A DNA stretch of 64,000 nt. Origin: Neoechinorhynchus agilis. Lineage: Eukaryota; Animalia; Acanthocephala. The position numbers were made by a program, and so were the translations under genes. Location: NCBI GenBank assembly GCA_051530055.1, contig CM121341.1, positions 13,122,784 through 13,186,783 of the forward strand, in the 5' to 3' direction. Positions 36,101 to 47,900 of the stretch are shown here, in pieces; position 1 is the first letter of the stretch, and the number at the start of each line of letters is the position of its first letter. The notes beneath the pieces were generated by a model. That model did no database searches. It saw nothing but the letters and a program-made list of their open reading frames with translations, and was not told the origin of the DNA.

Positions 36101-36264
36101 ATGCAGCGATTGTCTTGCTTGATGAGCGGTACACGAATGTCAAAACGGTCAGCTCCCAATTACCACAATGGATGGTTTCAAAAGGTCAGCTGCAAGTAGC
36201 AAACACTGTGAATGATTGCGTGAGTCGGCTAGGATCGTTTTTTCAAAGAAAATTCAAGGTTTGA
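33125..36264 (+). CDS. DDX11: DDX11/CHL1 Fe-S DNA helicase; exons ~33125-34035, 34485-34880, 35254-35739, 35781-36264
   Basis: FESPTGTGKSL, FASRTHSQ, Fe-S cysteines (SRQSFCIN, NDAC, CPY, CAYYASR), VIIDEAHNL, AGGTMQP, GKLSEGINFSD, NQAIGRAVRH. Confidence 0.93.
34036..34484 (+). other. Candidate non-canonical hairpin intron, 449 nt
   Basis: Removal gives GIKLDGNVVIIDEAHNL; stem gattggttgctt/aagcaactgatc (12 bp, two G-U). Confidence 0.65.
35740..35780 (+). other. Candidate non-canonical hairpin intron, 41 nt
   Basis: Removal gives KNVKIIVESRIQSAEK (the K-I-F-x-E motif region of CHL1/DDX11); stem acacgaacggca/tgtcgatcgtgt (11 of 12 bp, one G-U). Confidence 0.65.
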
Positions 36265-37187
36265 TTCTTATGAAGTTCATAGTACTAAGGACAAATCCAA
36301 ACTGTGCCGGTTTTCTTGGTAAATCCCGATGCGCTCAATTTAGCTGTTACAACTAACTTATTTTCTATTAATTGATTTCATTAACCCCAATTGCATTACA
36401 ACTTTTAAAAAGACTTCAAAACGAACATTCGTTACCCGACAATTTTTTCAATTGCTTTACTGATTATTGATTCAGATTCAAAGACGAGCCATAAAAAAGG
36501 CCATAAACAATTTTCAATTTAAAACTTTTCTGGCTAATCGAAATGCGGTTTAATGATTTTTTAAAACCTAGATATGATATGTGGAAAATCAATCCCTTAG
36601 CACGCATTTGGGGTACCGTTAATTCTCACAAATATCAGACCTGATTCTGAGTTTGACGTTATAACTCTTCTAGAATTATTTGTTTAGTGTATTACCCTTT
36701 CACAATATTTCGTCCGTCTCGTCGAACTAAAATCAATCTCTCTATCACCAAACAAGATAAATCCATGAACAATTTCTTTACACCTCTTCTGAATTCTGGT
36801 TTTGGTCTAAAGTTCTATAGGAGCATTGGCATCATTGTCCAAATCGATAAACCAAAATGATTCGACACTTTCAGAGTTCGTGTTTCGATTAAAGAAAAAC
36901 TTCTCTTCCCTTTGATCGAACTAATCATGAAAATAGATTCCATGAGTATTTCATTTCAGGCAAAAGTGTTCGGACAATCTAAAAACTTAACATAGGTTCC
37001 ACTTAAACCCCTTTTAAGTCAATCAACACAGATCCATTTAGATCAAACGCATAACTACGCGCGTATACACTCAGGTAAAACAGTTTAAAAGCCTAAAGCG
37101 TAAGTATAAAAATGGTTTCTGAGCTTAGTAGCAAACTTGATGCATTTATCGATTTAACTGGTTTCAGATCACAAAACCATTGTCTAG

Positions 37188-39026
37188 GTGGCAGAGTCAA
37201 TAATGGTTTCGTCTGGTGATGAAAATCAAACAGATATGCAGAAACCTACCACAATAGGAGATGACAACTCGTCACGGATCAACAAGGTTGGAATATCGAT
37301 GAGAATATTGCAGGCCATCATAGGGTTCAGGAGAGCAAATCCGGTTACGTATGGTGTGATCGCTACTGTTTGTTCAGCTCTATTTTTTGCCCTTTCCAAT
37401 CTAAATGCAAAACTCATCAAAAACATGTTGGGTGCTGAAATAGCACTCATTAGGTCCATCTTAATGGTCGTGATTTCCTTTGCTGCCTGCAAACTTAAGA
37501 ACTGGAACTTGTTTGAGCTAAGAACCAAACGGATAAACTTCCTATTATTCCTTAAACTGTGCGCGCTGTGGTTTTCAAAGGTCAGTTCCTACAGCGAATT
37601 GAAACCAGGAAACGAAATTTATTTACCACTTATTTTGAATGGATAAGGAACGCCCTAAACACTCAGCGCTTTCGTTCAACTCGGCTCAATGGTATTATTT
37701 AGATTTTATTTCTTTAATGTTTTATTGGTAAGCCGGTTTAATTGATTCAGATTTAGAACATACCTTCCTCGGCTTTTTTTGGAAAACTAAAAAAGCCGAG
37801 GATGGGATGTCCTTAATCGCTATTAAACAAATTTAATTCATGAACTTTTTAAATTTAATCTCTGATAGCTAAAAACATGAAAGTTATTTCGTTTTGTTTG
37901 GATTTTATCTTTCAAAAAATTGATAAATTCCGATATGTGAGGGGGTACCGGAGTATATGCTTAGGATTATTGTTTAGGTCTTCATCGACGTTTCGAATCT
38001 CTTCGTTGTAAGCATCTCTTATTAACTAACAAACTGATAATGAACCCGACGAGGTTAATAAAAAATTATTTATCGGGTGAAGACCTAAACAATAATATTA
38101 TGGATAACTTCCACTAAAACATCGAGATTTCTTATGTAAATCGGTTGTCTCAATTGATTAATCGCACGCGCACAACTAGAGGCTTCGTGGCAGCTATGGG
38201 ATCGATATCCGTCTTTACCGCCGTTCAATTTATTCCTTTACCAACCATGACTTCTCTTCAATACATGTCGGTCGTCTTTACTATTGTTATGGCCAGAATA
38301 TTTCTTAAAGAGCAACTCCGACTCTTGCACATTCCAATGATTTTGGTATCAATTCTAGGAGTATTGCTCGTTTCAAATCCACAGTGGTTTGTCCCTATGA
38401 AGAACAACGGCACAACTGTTGAAGCAGCCAACTCTACAACGTCCACTTCAGACATAACTATTGGTGTATCTCTCGCACTCACAACTGCATTCGCACAAGC
38501 CAGTGCATTTTGTCTTGTAAGGAAACTGAGCCATGGGCAAAACAGGGTAAAGAACATGGTGCTTATATTCAACTTTGCTCTCATATCTGTGCCGCTTCTG
38601 CTAGCATTTTGCATCATTTATCGATTGGTTAAAAAATCAAAAATTATTGTAAGTTCGAGACTTCACGATTTTTTCACGAATCGAGAATTGTCGAAAATAT
38701 ATGGACCGGATGCCGGGTTTTCCATTTTGGCTGCTTCTTTTGGACTCCTTGCACAAATGGCATGTAACATCGCTTTAAAAACAGTCAACGCCGGATACTT
38801 TTCTTTGGTCCGTGGACTTGAAATTCCCTTCTCGTTCATTTTACAAGTGATTTTCTTTGACCTAAACGATCATTACGTATCCTATATTGGAATTGTTTTA
38901 ATAATTTTGAGTGTTTGGTTCATAAATCTGGATAAAATCTGGAGATCAAGGCAGGCAACGAAACAAGAAGATCAATCAGTGGATTCGGAAGCAGCTTCTA
39001 TAGATGTTTCTAGAATAGCAGAATGA
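37188..39026 (+). CDS. SLC35G/EamA drug-metabolite transporter family protein; exons ~37188-37553 and 38178-39026
   Basis: Two EamA repeats (AEIALIRSIL, L-RGFVAAMG...VFTIVMARIFLKE, LLGVLLVSNP, LVRKL, ALKTVNAGYFSLVRGLEIPFSFILQ). Confidence 0.85.
37554..38177 (+). other. Candidate non-canonical hairpin intron, 624 nt
   Basis: Removal gives NFLLFL|RGFVAAMG; stem tgtgcgcg-c-tgtggtt / aatcgca-cgcgcaca (15 bp, two G-U, one bulge). Confidence 0.75.
37966..38096. mobile_element. Foldback element with 19-bp inverted ends and hammerhead-like relics (family B)
   Basis: attattgtttaggtcttca / tgaagacctaaacaataat; CTGATAAT-GAACC-CGACGA-GGTT and reverse GAAACGTC; relatives at 51903-52072 and ~23830-23886. 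Confidence 0.75.
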
Positions 39027-40519
39027 CTTAATTCTTTTTAATCGTATAAAAAGTGCGTAGTATAACTGGAGCTTATAAAACTCTAAGATCATGATTGTCA
39101 TCAATTAGACTGGCATCGTACTATTTCGTAGATTTCATTTTTTCTACTAATTTGTGAGCTGCACTAATATAATTCAAGAATCACTCAGATGATCAGGTGG
39201 ATTGTTTTCTCCTTATTTCCTTCAAACCCAATATTTGCATTTTTGCCTACGAAGAAAAATGGACGCTGAAGTGATATTCGGAAAAGAAATTACAGCTAAA
39301 CATTGGGTTTAATGACGCTGGGAAAAATCAAGATGAACGCTTGCTGTAAATGGTGTAGAAACATTCCAGAGCGGTACGAATCATAGAGTGAAAGCATTAT
39401 GTTGAAATGCTGGTCTGCCCGTTCATATTAACTGGCGATTCACCGGTCTTTTACCAATTAAAGATGTTGAGCTGTATGAAAACAAGTTCGTAAAGAAGTC
39501 ATAGATACAAACGATAGCCTAGATTTTCAGATTACCGCGCAATTCCTTATAGTATTTACACGTTCGATGGCTAAGAAAATCAGTGCAAATAAACCAAACG
39601 ATTCCAGTGCGATTATTGGTACTGAGAAGTACTGTTCAACTCCCAATTACAAACTCAAGATGTTTAATTGATTTATAAGACAAGACTTTAAAAATTATAA
39701 CGATTTTAAAAGTAAGGCGCTGTGTTTAATGAATATGCGGCAAAATATTGTGGCCAGGCACAATAATATAATCGATTTAAAGCGTTAGTATTGAAAACGA
39801 TAATATCGCTGCTCCAATATAAATAGGTTACTTATTTGTGCAAAAATCAATAAAGAGCATTTCGACTAATAAAGATACAGTGGAACGTCGATTATCTCAC
39901 TTCAATTATCCAAAACGTCAATTATCCGGACCCAGAATGTTGTCCTACTCAACTTCTGTTGCTAAAAGAGAATTGGGAACCTTGAAGCGAAAAAACGAAG
40001 TACAGAGCAAAATAAGTGGTTAATTTCAACAATAAAGCAAAATTATGTAATTCTCCCCAAATTTGCTTTGTTAAACCGTTTCCCAGCTTTAAAAAATGGA
40101 TACATCACATTGGGTTTTTCGTTATCCCAAAAAATCTCGTATCTGAATGGTGTTTGGTCCCAATTAATTCGGACTCAAATTTTGATTTAACCTTGCGTTC
40201 GAGATTAAATACGAAAACAGTGGATTTTAGTGTTATAAAATAAAAAAGCAAATTGCAATACTCAATTACGTACTAAAAGTATGGCCGCATTTATCATTTC
40301 AGTATATGAATATCTGGAAACGATTCGCTGAATTTAATATTCGCTTGTAAACAAAGGTTTTTTCAACGTGCTAACATTTCCATTCCGGCGCACCTCATTG
40401 TATCGATAAGAGTACGTTTTTAAAACCCATTCACTCACTTAGTAGGAGCGTTTAAATGCGTGAACTGTACTAAGTTTTCAGTCTTTATTTTCTCAGGTTC
40501 AATAGACAACCGTTTTAAA

Positions 40520-42639
40520 ATGATGGATTCTGAAATTAGAACCATTTATTCACTCGAGAATTACTTTTTAGTTATTAAAGTGTTCTATTATACATTCCCG
40601 TGTTCTATACTACCTCGGAACTTCAGCCACTGTGTTGCTTTATATCCACTCGACCGATGCGGCCATCAGATTGACGAGGTTGATGGAGTTATTATACTAA
40701 CATACAGTTTATTCCTGTTCGTAATGAACTCATTTGGAGTTGCATCTGTGGTTAAGACGACAATTCGCGAACCAACAGTGACTCTCAGATCACACATCAT
40801 CCCAATAAACTTAATGGTGCTAAGTCTCCTTTTATCATTCACGGAACTATACCGAATTGTTTTTAATCAGACTCAGAAAAAAATCCCCCATTCGTGGACA
40901 ATCGTTCTTTATGAAACACTTTTTCTTGGCGGATCAATCGCGTCGTCGAATATTCTTGTTCTTATTAGCTTCGATCGGTATCTGGCATCAAGTATTACCT
41001 TATCGATATCAAGTCATTATAGACGTCGACGAAATGTTATTATCTATGTCCTTGTGACCATCAATTGGATACTTTACATCTCAATAGTGTTCATACCTTT
41101 GGCACACAATTGTCTAGATTCGTGCTACTGTGCTAAAGTAGATGCCATTTCAAGGTACAGTCATAAAAATTGGGTTTTAAAAATTCTTTATAACATACAT
41201 CAAAACTTTTATATACATTTCCTTTTCCAGTTCTCATTATTTCCTGTGGGAGCCATGAAGTGTTGATTCTTAGTTTTCCGATATGATCACCTCAACGATT
41301 ATACAATGGGTTTTTTTAGTGCACTTATCCGAAACAGATGAAAGTGAGCAACACTATGGCTTGAGTTGACTATGTACTTCTTATTCGTATGTCTTGCCTT
41401 CCTCGAGAAATACGTATTTTTCAACTAATATCTTTTTTCAGTTGCAAGTTCTTTATAAATTGCATAGTGTTTAATTTTATTAATATTTCGTCCTCTACGT
41501 TGGACTTCTTTAGAATTGTAAATTGTTTCGAGATAAACGAGAAAATTATAAAGTTGTTTTTCGCAGTGAGAGTTTGCTAGCGAAATTTTAATCAAATTTT
41601 ATCTTGTTTTTAGAAACACTGCAAATTTTAAAAGATTATGTTCTGTGGAGCCGCGGTTTTCCTCACGCTGGCAGCATTCTCTTTTTGTACTGCGAGAGAG
41701 ATGTTTTGTCTAAGGAATGCTGTCACACGCGGGTCCTTTTTCATCGCTATCGACCTCTTAAATCAATTTTTTTACTTAGCTTGAACAAAAACAATCCATG
41801 GATTTTTACAAATTGTATAGTGCAGACTTCTTATCCACAAGTTCAGAAAGCCTTTTTTCGTTTTGATGATAACTAAACCACTTAAGCGATTTCCTAAACT
41901 AACTTCATTAGGCTATTTATTATTTTTATGAATAAAATTATGAACGCATCGTTGACGTTTTTCGCAATTTTTATTGCAGAAACTACAGGATTTACTAATA
42001 AAATGTATAATGGACAAATATGCTTGTTTCAATATGCATAAATGACTTAGGGATTTGCAAGTAAGTGGCATCTTCTATGACTTCGATGATATTATTGGCC
42101 TAATTCGATACTGTTTTGGAAAATCATGTGCAAATACTTACAAACCTCTTTACGAAATGGTTCCTTTATTCTACGTGACCAATTCCCTAATCTGCATTCT
42201 ACTGACAGCAGGAATATACTTAAAACTTGTCCTACGACTACGAAAAGTTTCAAAAGTTCGCCGAGAACAATTGGGAGTTTGCGTGGCTTCCATTGAATCT
42301 AACAAAAACCATAACCTAGAACAGGAACGAAATCCAGCAAACCATATAATGATTTCCGTTGCTCTCCTTTTTGCCTTTCAAATACCATTGTCCTTAAAAA
42401 TTCTTTACGGAACAGCAACTGGTGAAATGACACAAATAAAAGCGAGGAGTATTTTAGAGGCAATGGTCATATTGTCATTATCAATCGATCCTCTGATCTT
42501 CACATTTACTGTAAGTACTTACAGAATCAACGCAATACGAGACTTCTTCAAATTATTTGATATGGCAGCTAACGTGCCTGTGGTTGTATCTGATTCTATT
42601 TTGACAATTTCTCCTATACGGCTTCATGATTGGCATTAA
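40520..42639 (+). CDS. Rhodopsin-type (class A-like) GPCR; exons 40520-41154 and 42051-42639
   Basis: Seven hydrophobic segments, ISFDRYLA (DRY), LSIDPLIFTF (NPxxY-like); GT-AG intron 41155-42050 keeps the frame. Confidence 0.8.
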
Positions 42640-43269
42640 TGAAAAATAAATGTCTGAATATTTCGTTGGGATAGGCCGATATCTGCAATAATAGCTTGCG
42701 TTGACTGCTATTTTTAAAAAAAATTTAGGGCCGCAATATCCATAGAAATAATAACTTGGTTATTTTACAACCAGTTTTCGTTCTGATTGATTTTTACCAA
42801 ACGAGGTACCGCTAAATTGATGAAGAAGTATTGGATATGTTAAATACCGCATCAAAACAATTAGATGAAGTATAGATTAAAGTAGGAATGATCCTGATGC
42901 AGTTGGTCAAATATCGTGTACGTTTAATAACCAATTTTTAAACTGCTCGTCATTATGAAGATTCAACGAAGAAATACGATTATTATAAATAATAAATATA
43001 GCAGACGTGCAGTGTTACTGGAACGCTTATGCTCGATGTGAACCCTCACATTTATTTTACAGGATTTTTAGGAAAAATTAAGAGAGCGAAAATTGTAAAC
43101 GATCAACAATTATAGTGTAATAAATACTTTATTGTGCTTTGGTAAAATCGTAGATTGATCGGAGATTGGTAGAAGAAAAGATGGAGTCGTTTCTTATGGT
43201 AATCGATTTTGTAGTTTTCGGAGTTCAATTTAGAATTTGTTTTGAAATTTATCAAATGCAACAATTAAA

Positions 43270-43418
43270 GCGTCAGCCTACATAAAATGTAAAATGCTCT
43301 GAGGATTTTTAATGAGTTTATCTGTACTGTGCGACTATTTGCGTCGGCCTATATAAAATGTAAAATGCTCTGAGAATTTTTAATGAGTTTATCTGTACTG
43401 TGCGGCTATTTGCATCAG
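43270..43418. repeat. Tandem duplication, 71-bp period, 2 copies
   Basis: gcgtc(a/g)gccta...ctattt at 43270 and 43341. Confidence 0.9.
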
Positions 43419-43848
43419 TTTCCTATCTAACCCAAAAAATCAACGGCTATTAAATTGTTGATTGGACATTGAACAAATTTCTTGTTTTAGAAAAATATCC
43501 GCAATGTTTATCTAAAAAAGATTAAAGAAATTTGAGAAAGAGTTGCTGATAACGTGTAGCAGAGCGAAATGTTGTTCTGGAAAACCATTTAAGATATTTT
43601 ATATGGTAAAGATACCGAGCATCATCGTGGGATAACAGTTCGCCATGAAATCTCGAAATCGTTTTTTGCTAGTGTTTTTTAGTGTGAATGTAAAGTAAAA
43701 TGTACGAATCGTTGCAAAAATCAATGACTCGTCACACGCCATCATGGAAAAATCGATAAATTTGTTTAAACAAACTGCGTGCTAGTCACTGCATAAAGTA
43801 GTTTCACTGCAGTTCATCGAACAAACTGAACGATTGTTTTAATCACCA

Positions 43849-44271
43849 ATGAAAATAACACTATTTTTAAGCTGTTTCACACTGATGTTGTTCATTGGAA
43901 AGTCCGCCGAGTTCTTCGACGGCTGTTATTATAATCTTGCTGGCCAAATTGTGTGCCCCGATCCGTATGGATACGATGTTCCACTGGTGGAATATATCGA
44001 GACTCTACCTATCGAATATCACCCCGGCGGTTTGCTCTACATTCCTGACGAGGAACTCGAAGTTCCTGTAAACCGTGGAATATTACCAACTGAAATATTG
44101 GCCTTCGAGCTAGGAGCGCCGAATACGTTACTGGCGCCTGTTAGAATGGACACCGAGGTCTATTCTCCGTATTCTTCATTTTATTCAAATGAACCCAAAC
44201 TTAAGGAAACTACGAAGATAAAGTTCCGCCGTAAGAAGACGAGGATGGGCAGCAGCACACTAGTCGTATAA
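43849..44271 (+). CDS. Hypothetical secreted protein (140 aa)
   Basis: ATG ORF with an N-terminal hydrophobic signal-like segment and a C-x9-C pair. Confidence 0.6.
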   Translation: MKITLFLSCFTLMLFIGKSAEFFDGCYYNLAGQIVCPDPYGYDVPLVEYIETLPIEYHPGGLLYIPDEELEVPVNRGILPTEILAFELGAPNTLLAPVRMDTEVYSPYSSFYSNEPKLKETTKIKFRRKKTRMGSSTLVV

Positions 44272-44983
44272 ATCGTTGGATTTCTAAGAGATGTCGAGTG
44301 CTGTATGCTCGTGATAACTTTAGTAAATTTAGATTTATACAAGACTTTTGTTGGGGGTATAAGCGTGCTTTATGGAACATTTGCCATTTTTCTCATACTG
44401 ACTTTTCTGCGAATGACTAATAAATATTTACAACAATTTTGACTGAAAGTGGGACTCTAAGTCGTAAATCAAAATCGCCATATTTTAAATACAAAAACAG
44501 GCCATGTAGGATGCGCCTGATAGCAAAAAAGTGTATTAGGTTGTTGGCAATGAAAAGGACTTATTGAAGGGGTTGGCACAGTAGCGATAGTTTATCGATC
44601 TCTAGAACTTTTGGTAAATATAAGTGCATTCAAAATCAGAGAAAGGGCGTTTCGATTTGAAACGCTTAAGTTAAATGTCACGACTTATTTTTAGCCAAGC
44701 GAGTAAGGCAAGATTTAGTGTTATCATTGAATTGCCCACAACAAAAAACCACGAAAATTCATCCTGTTTGTCTATATTTATTTCTTAGAACATCTCGTTT
44801 AAATCACGAGGAATACGGAACGGCGTGAATTGATTGTGATTGGCTTTTAAAGTTTGTATGCGTGAAAATATCTGTTTTATACACTTTTACGTATCTCGTT
44901 TGGTTTCCAAAGTGAGTTCAAAGAACCTGTCATTAGTTCCCCTGATCGTTTTTCGCTGATATATATACAAAAATTCAAAGCTC

Positions 44984-47900
44984 TTATACTTCTTCTACTG
45001 TATGAATGAGTGAGCTGCTTGAGCTACTCACTCCACTGCTGCTTTTCTTACTACAATTGGACATCATGGAGTCGTCTCGTTTAAGGATCTGAGCATCCAT
45101 AGATCGTTGAATGGCGGCACGGGGTGTTGGATTTCTGGGTGGAGAAGCCGGTAAAGCCGGTCCGATCCCACCGGCGGTGTAGGCGGACGAGTAGCATGTA
45201 GCGATCGAATTCTGCTTCATAAGACGAGGCCGTTCAAGTCGTACAAATAGTGAAGAAGAGTTGACGCTCAAGTCAGACGACGCTGTGCTGATAAAACTGT
45301 TCAAGGTTCCCTGATCAGTACTGGAGTGATTTTCCGAATCGAATTGCTCTTCATGGTCTAGACGATGGTGACTATTGAACCCAGGATTTTCATTTGTTCC
45401 ACTGCAATCTGACGGATCGTTTATACACGACACAGGGACTTGGGTTTTTTGAAACGAATACACAACATCTGAGGAAACAAACCGTTGATCCCTTGTGTCC
45501 GGTTTCGATTCGCGGTTTAGGTATTCGCGCTGAAAACGTGCATGAGTTTAAGCAGCTTCATTAAATAGCGGAAAATCCAAACCTTCACGGCCTCAATACA
45601 CTTGACCCAGTATTTACTTTGATGTGAAAAGAACAATAAACCTGCTTCGACAAATCCAAAGTCGCGTTTCACGATCAGTGCAAAAGTCCCTTTGAAGCAG
45701 CAAACGTATTTAATTGAAGGACAATGCAATCTCAACCAACCTCGACTATCATCATTTAAATTGTAAACATCAATATTATCAATCTTAATCGGAGCTCTGG
45801 CGAACTTCAATTTATCGACATTCTTGCGCCATCTGAGCAAAATGAGCATGTCAGAAAGCAAATAACAGTAAACATCAATTTTTTCTTTATTATCCTTCAT
45901 TTTCAGTATTCCATGATGAACAACCGTCCTATCGACTTCGTTCCGTTCAGACAAAAGATTCAATCTACAACTACTTGAGTAATTGTCTTGTATGAGCTAT
46001 TATAAAAGACAGTCTCGGGGGAAATACTAGTTAGCGAAAATACCTGGTTAAGTTCCACCGGCGCACTATAACTTTCATATTGACCGGAACGTTGCATTAT
46101 TTGAGCTAATGAATAGAACTGTTCCTGGCATTTGAGAGCAGCGTTCGTCGCCTTTACAAAAGCATCCACACTTGACACCTAAATCAATGATTGCCTCAAT
46201 TTAAAGGTTTCTTCGTTCTCTATAACCTCCTCTTCGAAATTAAACGTATTAAGTCTCTCGAAGTAAAGCAGACCATTTCTTCGTGTACTTAAAAAATTAA
46301 ACAGACTCCGAATCTGGGACCACGCCAAGTTCAAGGACCAAGCCCGATAGTTCATACTGCCAAAAGATCCAAGCGATTTATCCGTTGAAAGTAACCTTTA
46401 TAGTCGTCGTACGGAACCATAAGTAGCAGTTAATCGCATGACAATAAGTTTTGCGTTCTATGGGAGAACAAAACGAGCCATAATATCTTCTATGTGAACG
46501 GCTTTTGTTTAGATTAAAAACTACAGAACATAGTTGCTGCGAATTTCAGAAACTTCGGTTAACATTTAGACCCATAAGATTCGAAGTGCAGCGAAATATT
46601 AAAAGGGTCCAGTTCAAAATACAAACTAAATCGTCAATTTCAAACGCTAATGCGACATGTCTCAAAATTCAAACTGAGCTGCACTTATCCGATTTCATGT
46701 GCGCGTTATGGTGTTCAAGAACTGGGACTGTTAACTTTACAATACTGAAAAATCTTTGGATCCTTGCGAAAAACAAATACAAAATACCAAAATATCTATC
46801 TTTAATGGATTCTGAAAATCCTCCTACGTTCCCCATGAGGTCGATTAGATGTTAATAAACGTATCCCAGGCGAACAATGGGAACAATAGCGGATTGAATC
46901 TAAAGAACAATACAGATTGTTTCTCAGGGATGAGAAACGATCAACGGATCGTGTCGATTGTGGTCTGCTTTAAAACGTAAATAAAAGGTATAAAAAATAT
47001 GGATAACAAAGCAGTGGGACTTTGGCTCCAACAAGGCAATAAATAGGTAGAATGTGGATCAAAGCCGTAAAAAACAGGCTCTTATTTTATTTATATGATA
47101 TCAACAAACAATTGTGAATCTTAGTTTCACTTTTTGCTCTTGTTATGAATACTTTGATTCGAAACATCAGATATCTTAGTGATTTCATTGAGAGTCGATT
47201 AGAAGCGTGTCAAAAATATACACTATTATTGGCATTACAATTTCGAAGGCCCTAAAACCAGCCACACGCTCGATCAACACTCACCATCTCGCTAAGATTC
47301 ATTGCTTGCTCTTCACTACAAGTTCTCTTTAGGATGGCTTCTAACAAGAGCTTATACTTCGTCAGTCGTTGCATCGGTTGTATAAATAGATCGAGAAATG
47401 ATAATCTTTCACTCGACCTTGCTTCGCACCACTTTTATTAACATACGAGTGACAGTGCTTTCGATTGCAATTTTAACGAACCTCAATGACTCGTCTGAAT
47501 ACTTCATTTGTTTTATAGAGTGACTTGAAATATTCTGTGCAGCTATTCTGGTCAATTACATATGTAAAATACGGCTTCAACACTTCGGCAAACTAAACAA
47601 GGAGATAACGAAATTAATCGGGTATAATTTGATAAATGCGTGAAAGCTCGCGGCTGTACTCACGTTCGTAAAAGCAGGCTTTAGGTCTGTAGGATCCATT
47701 GGTTTCCCAGAAACTCTTAGGTTTTCGTAAATGGGTTGCATGTACGTTTTCCAAAGCATTAAATTGGACTGATAAACATCTTCAATATTTGTGAAGAGTC
47801 TATCAGCAGATACTTCTTGTAAAACAACATAATCAGCCGAATTGAGGACATCTCGAACGGTGTGAATAAATGTCTATGATAGTGAAGTTTAAAAACAACG

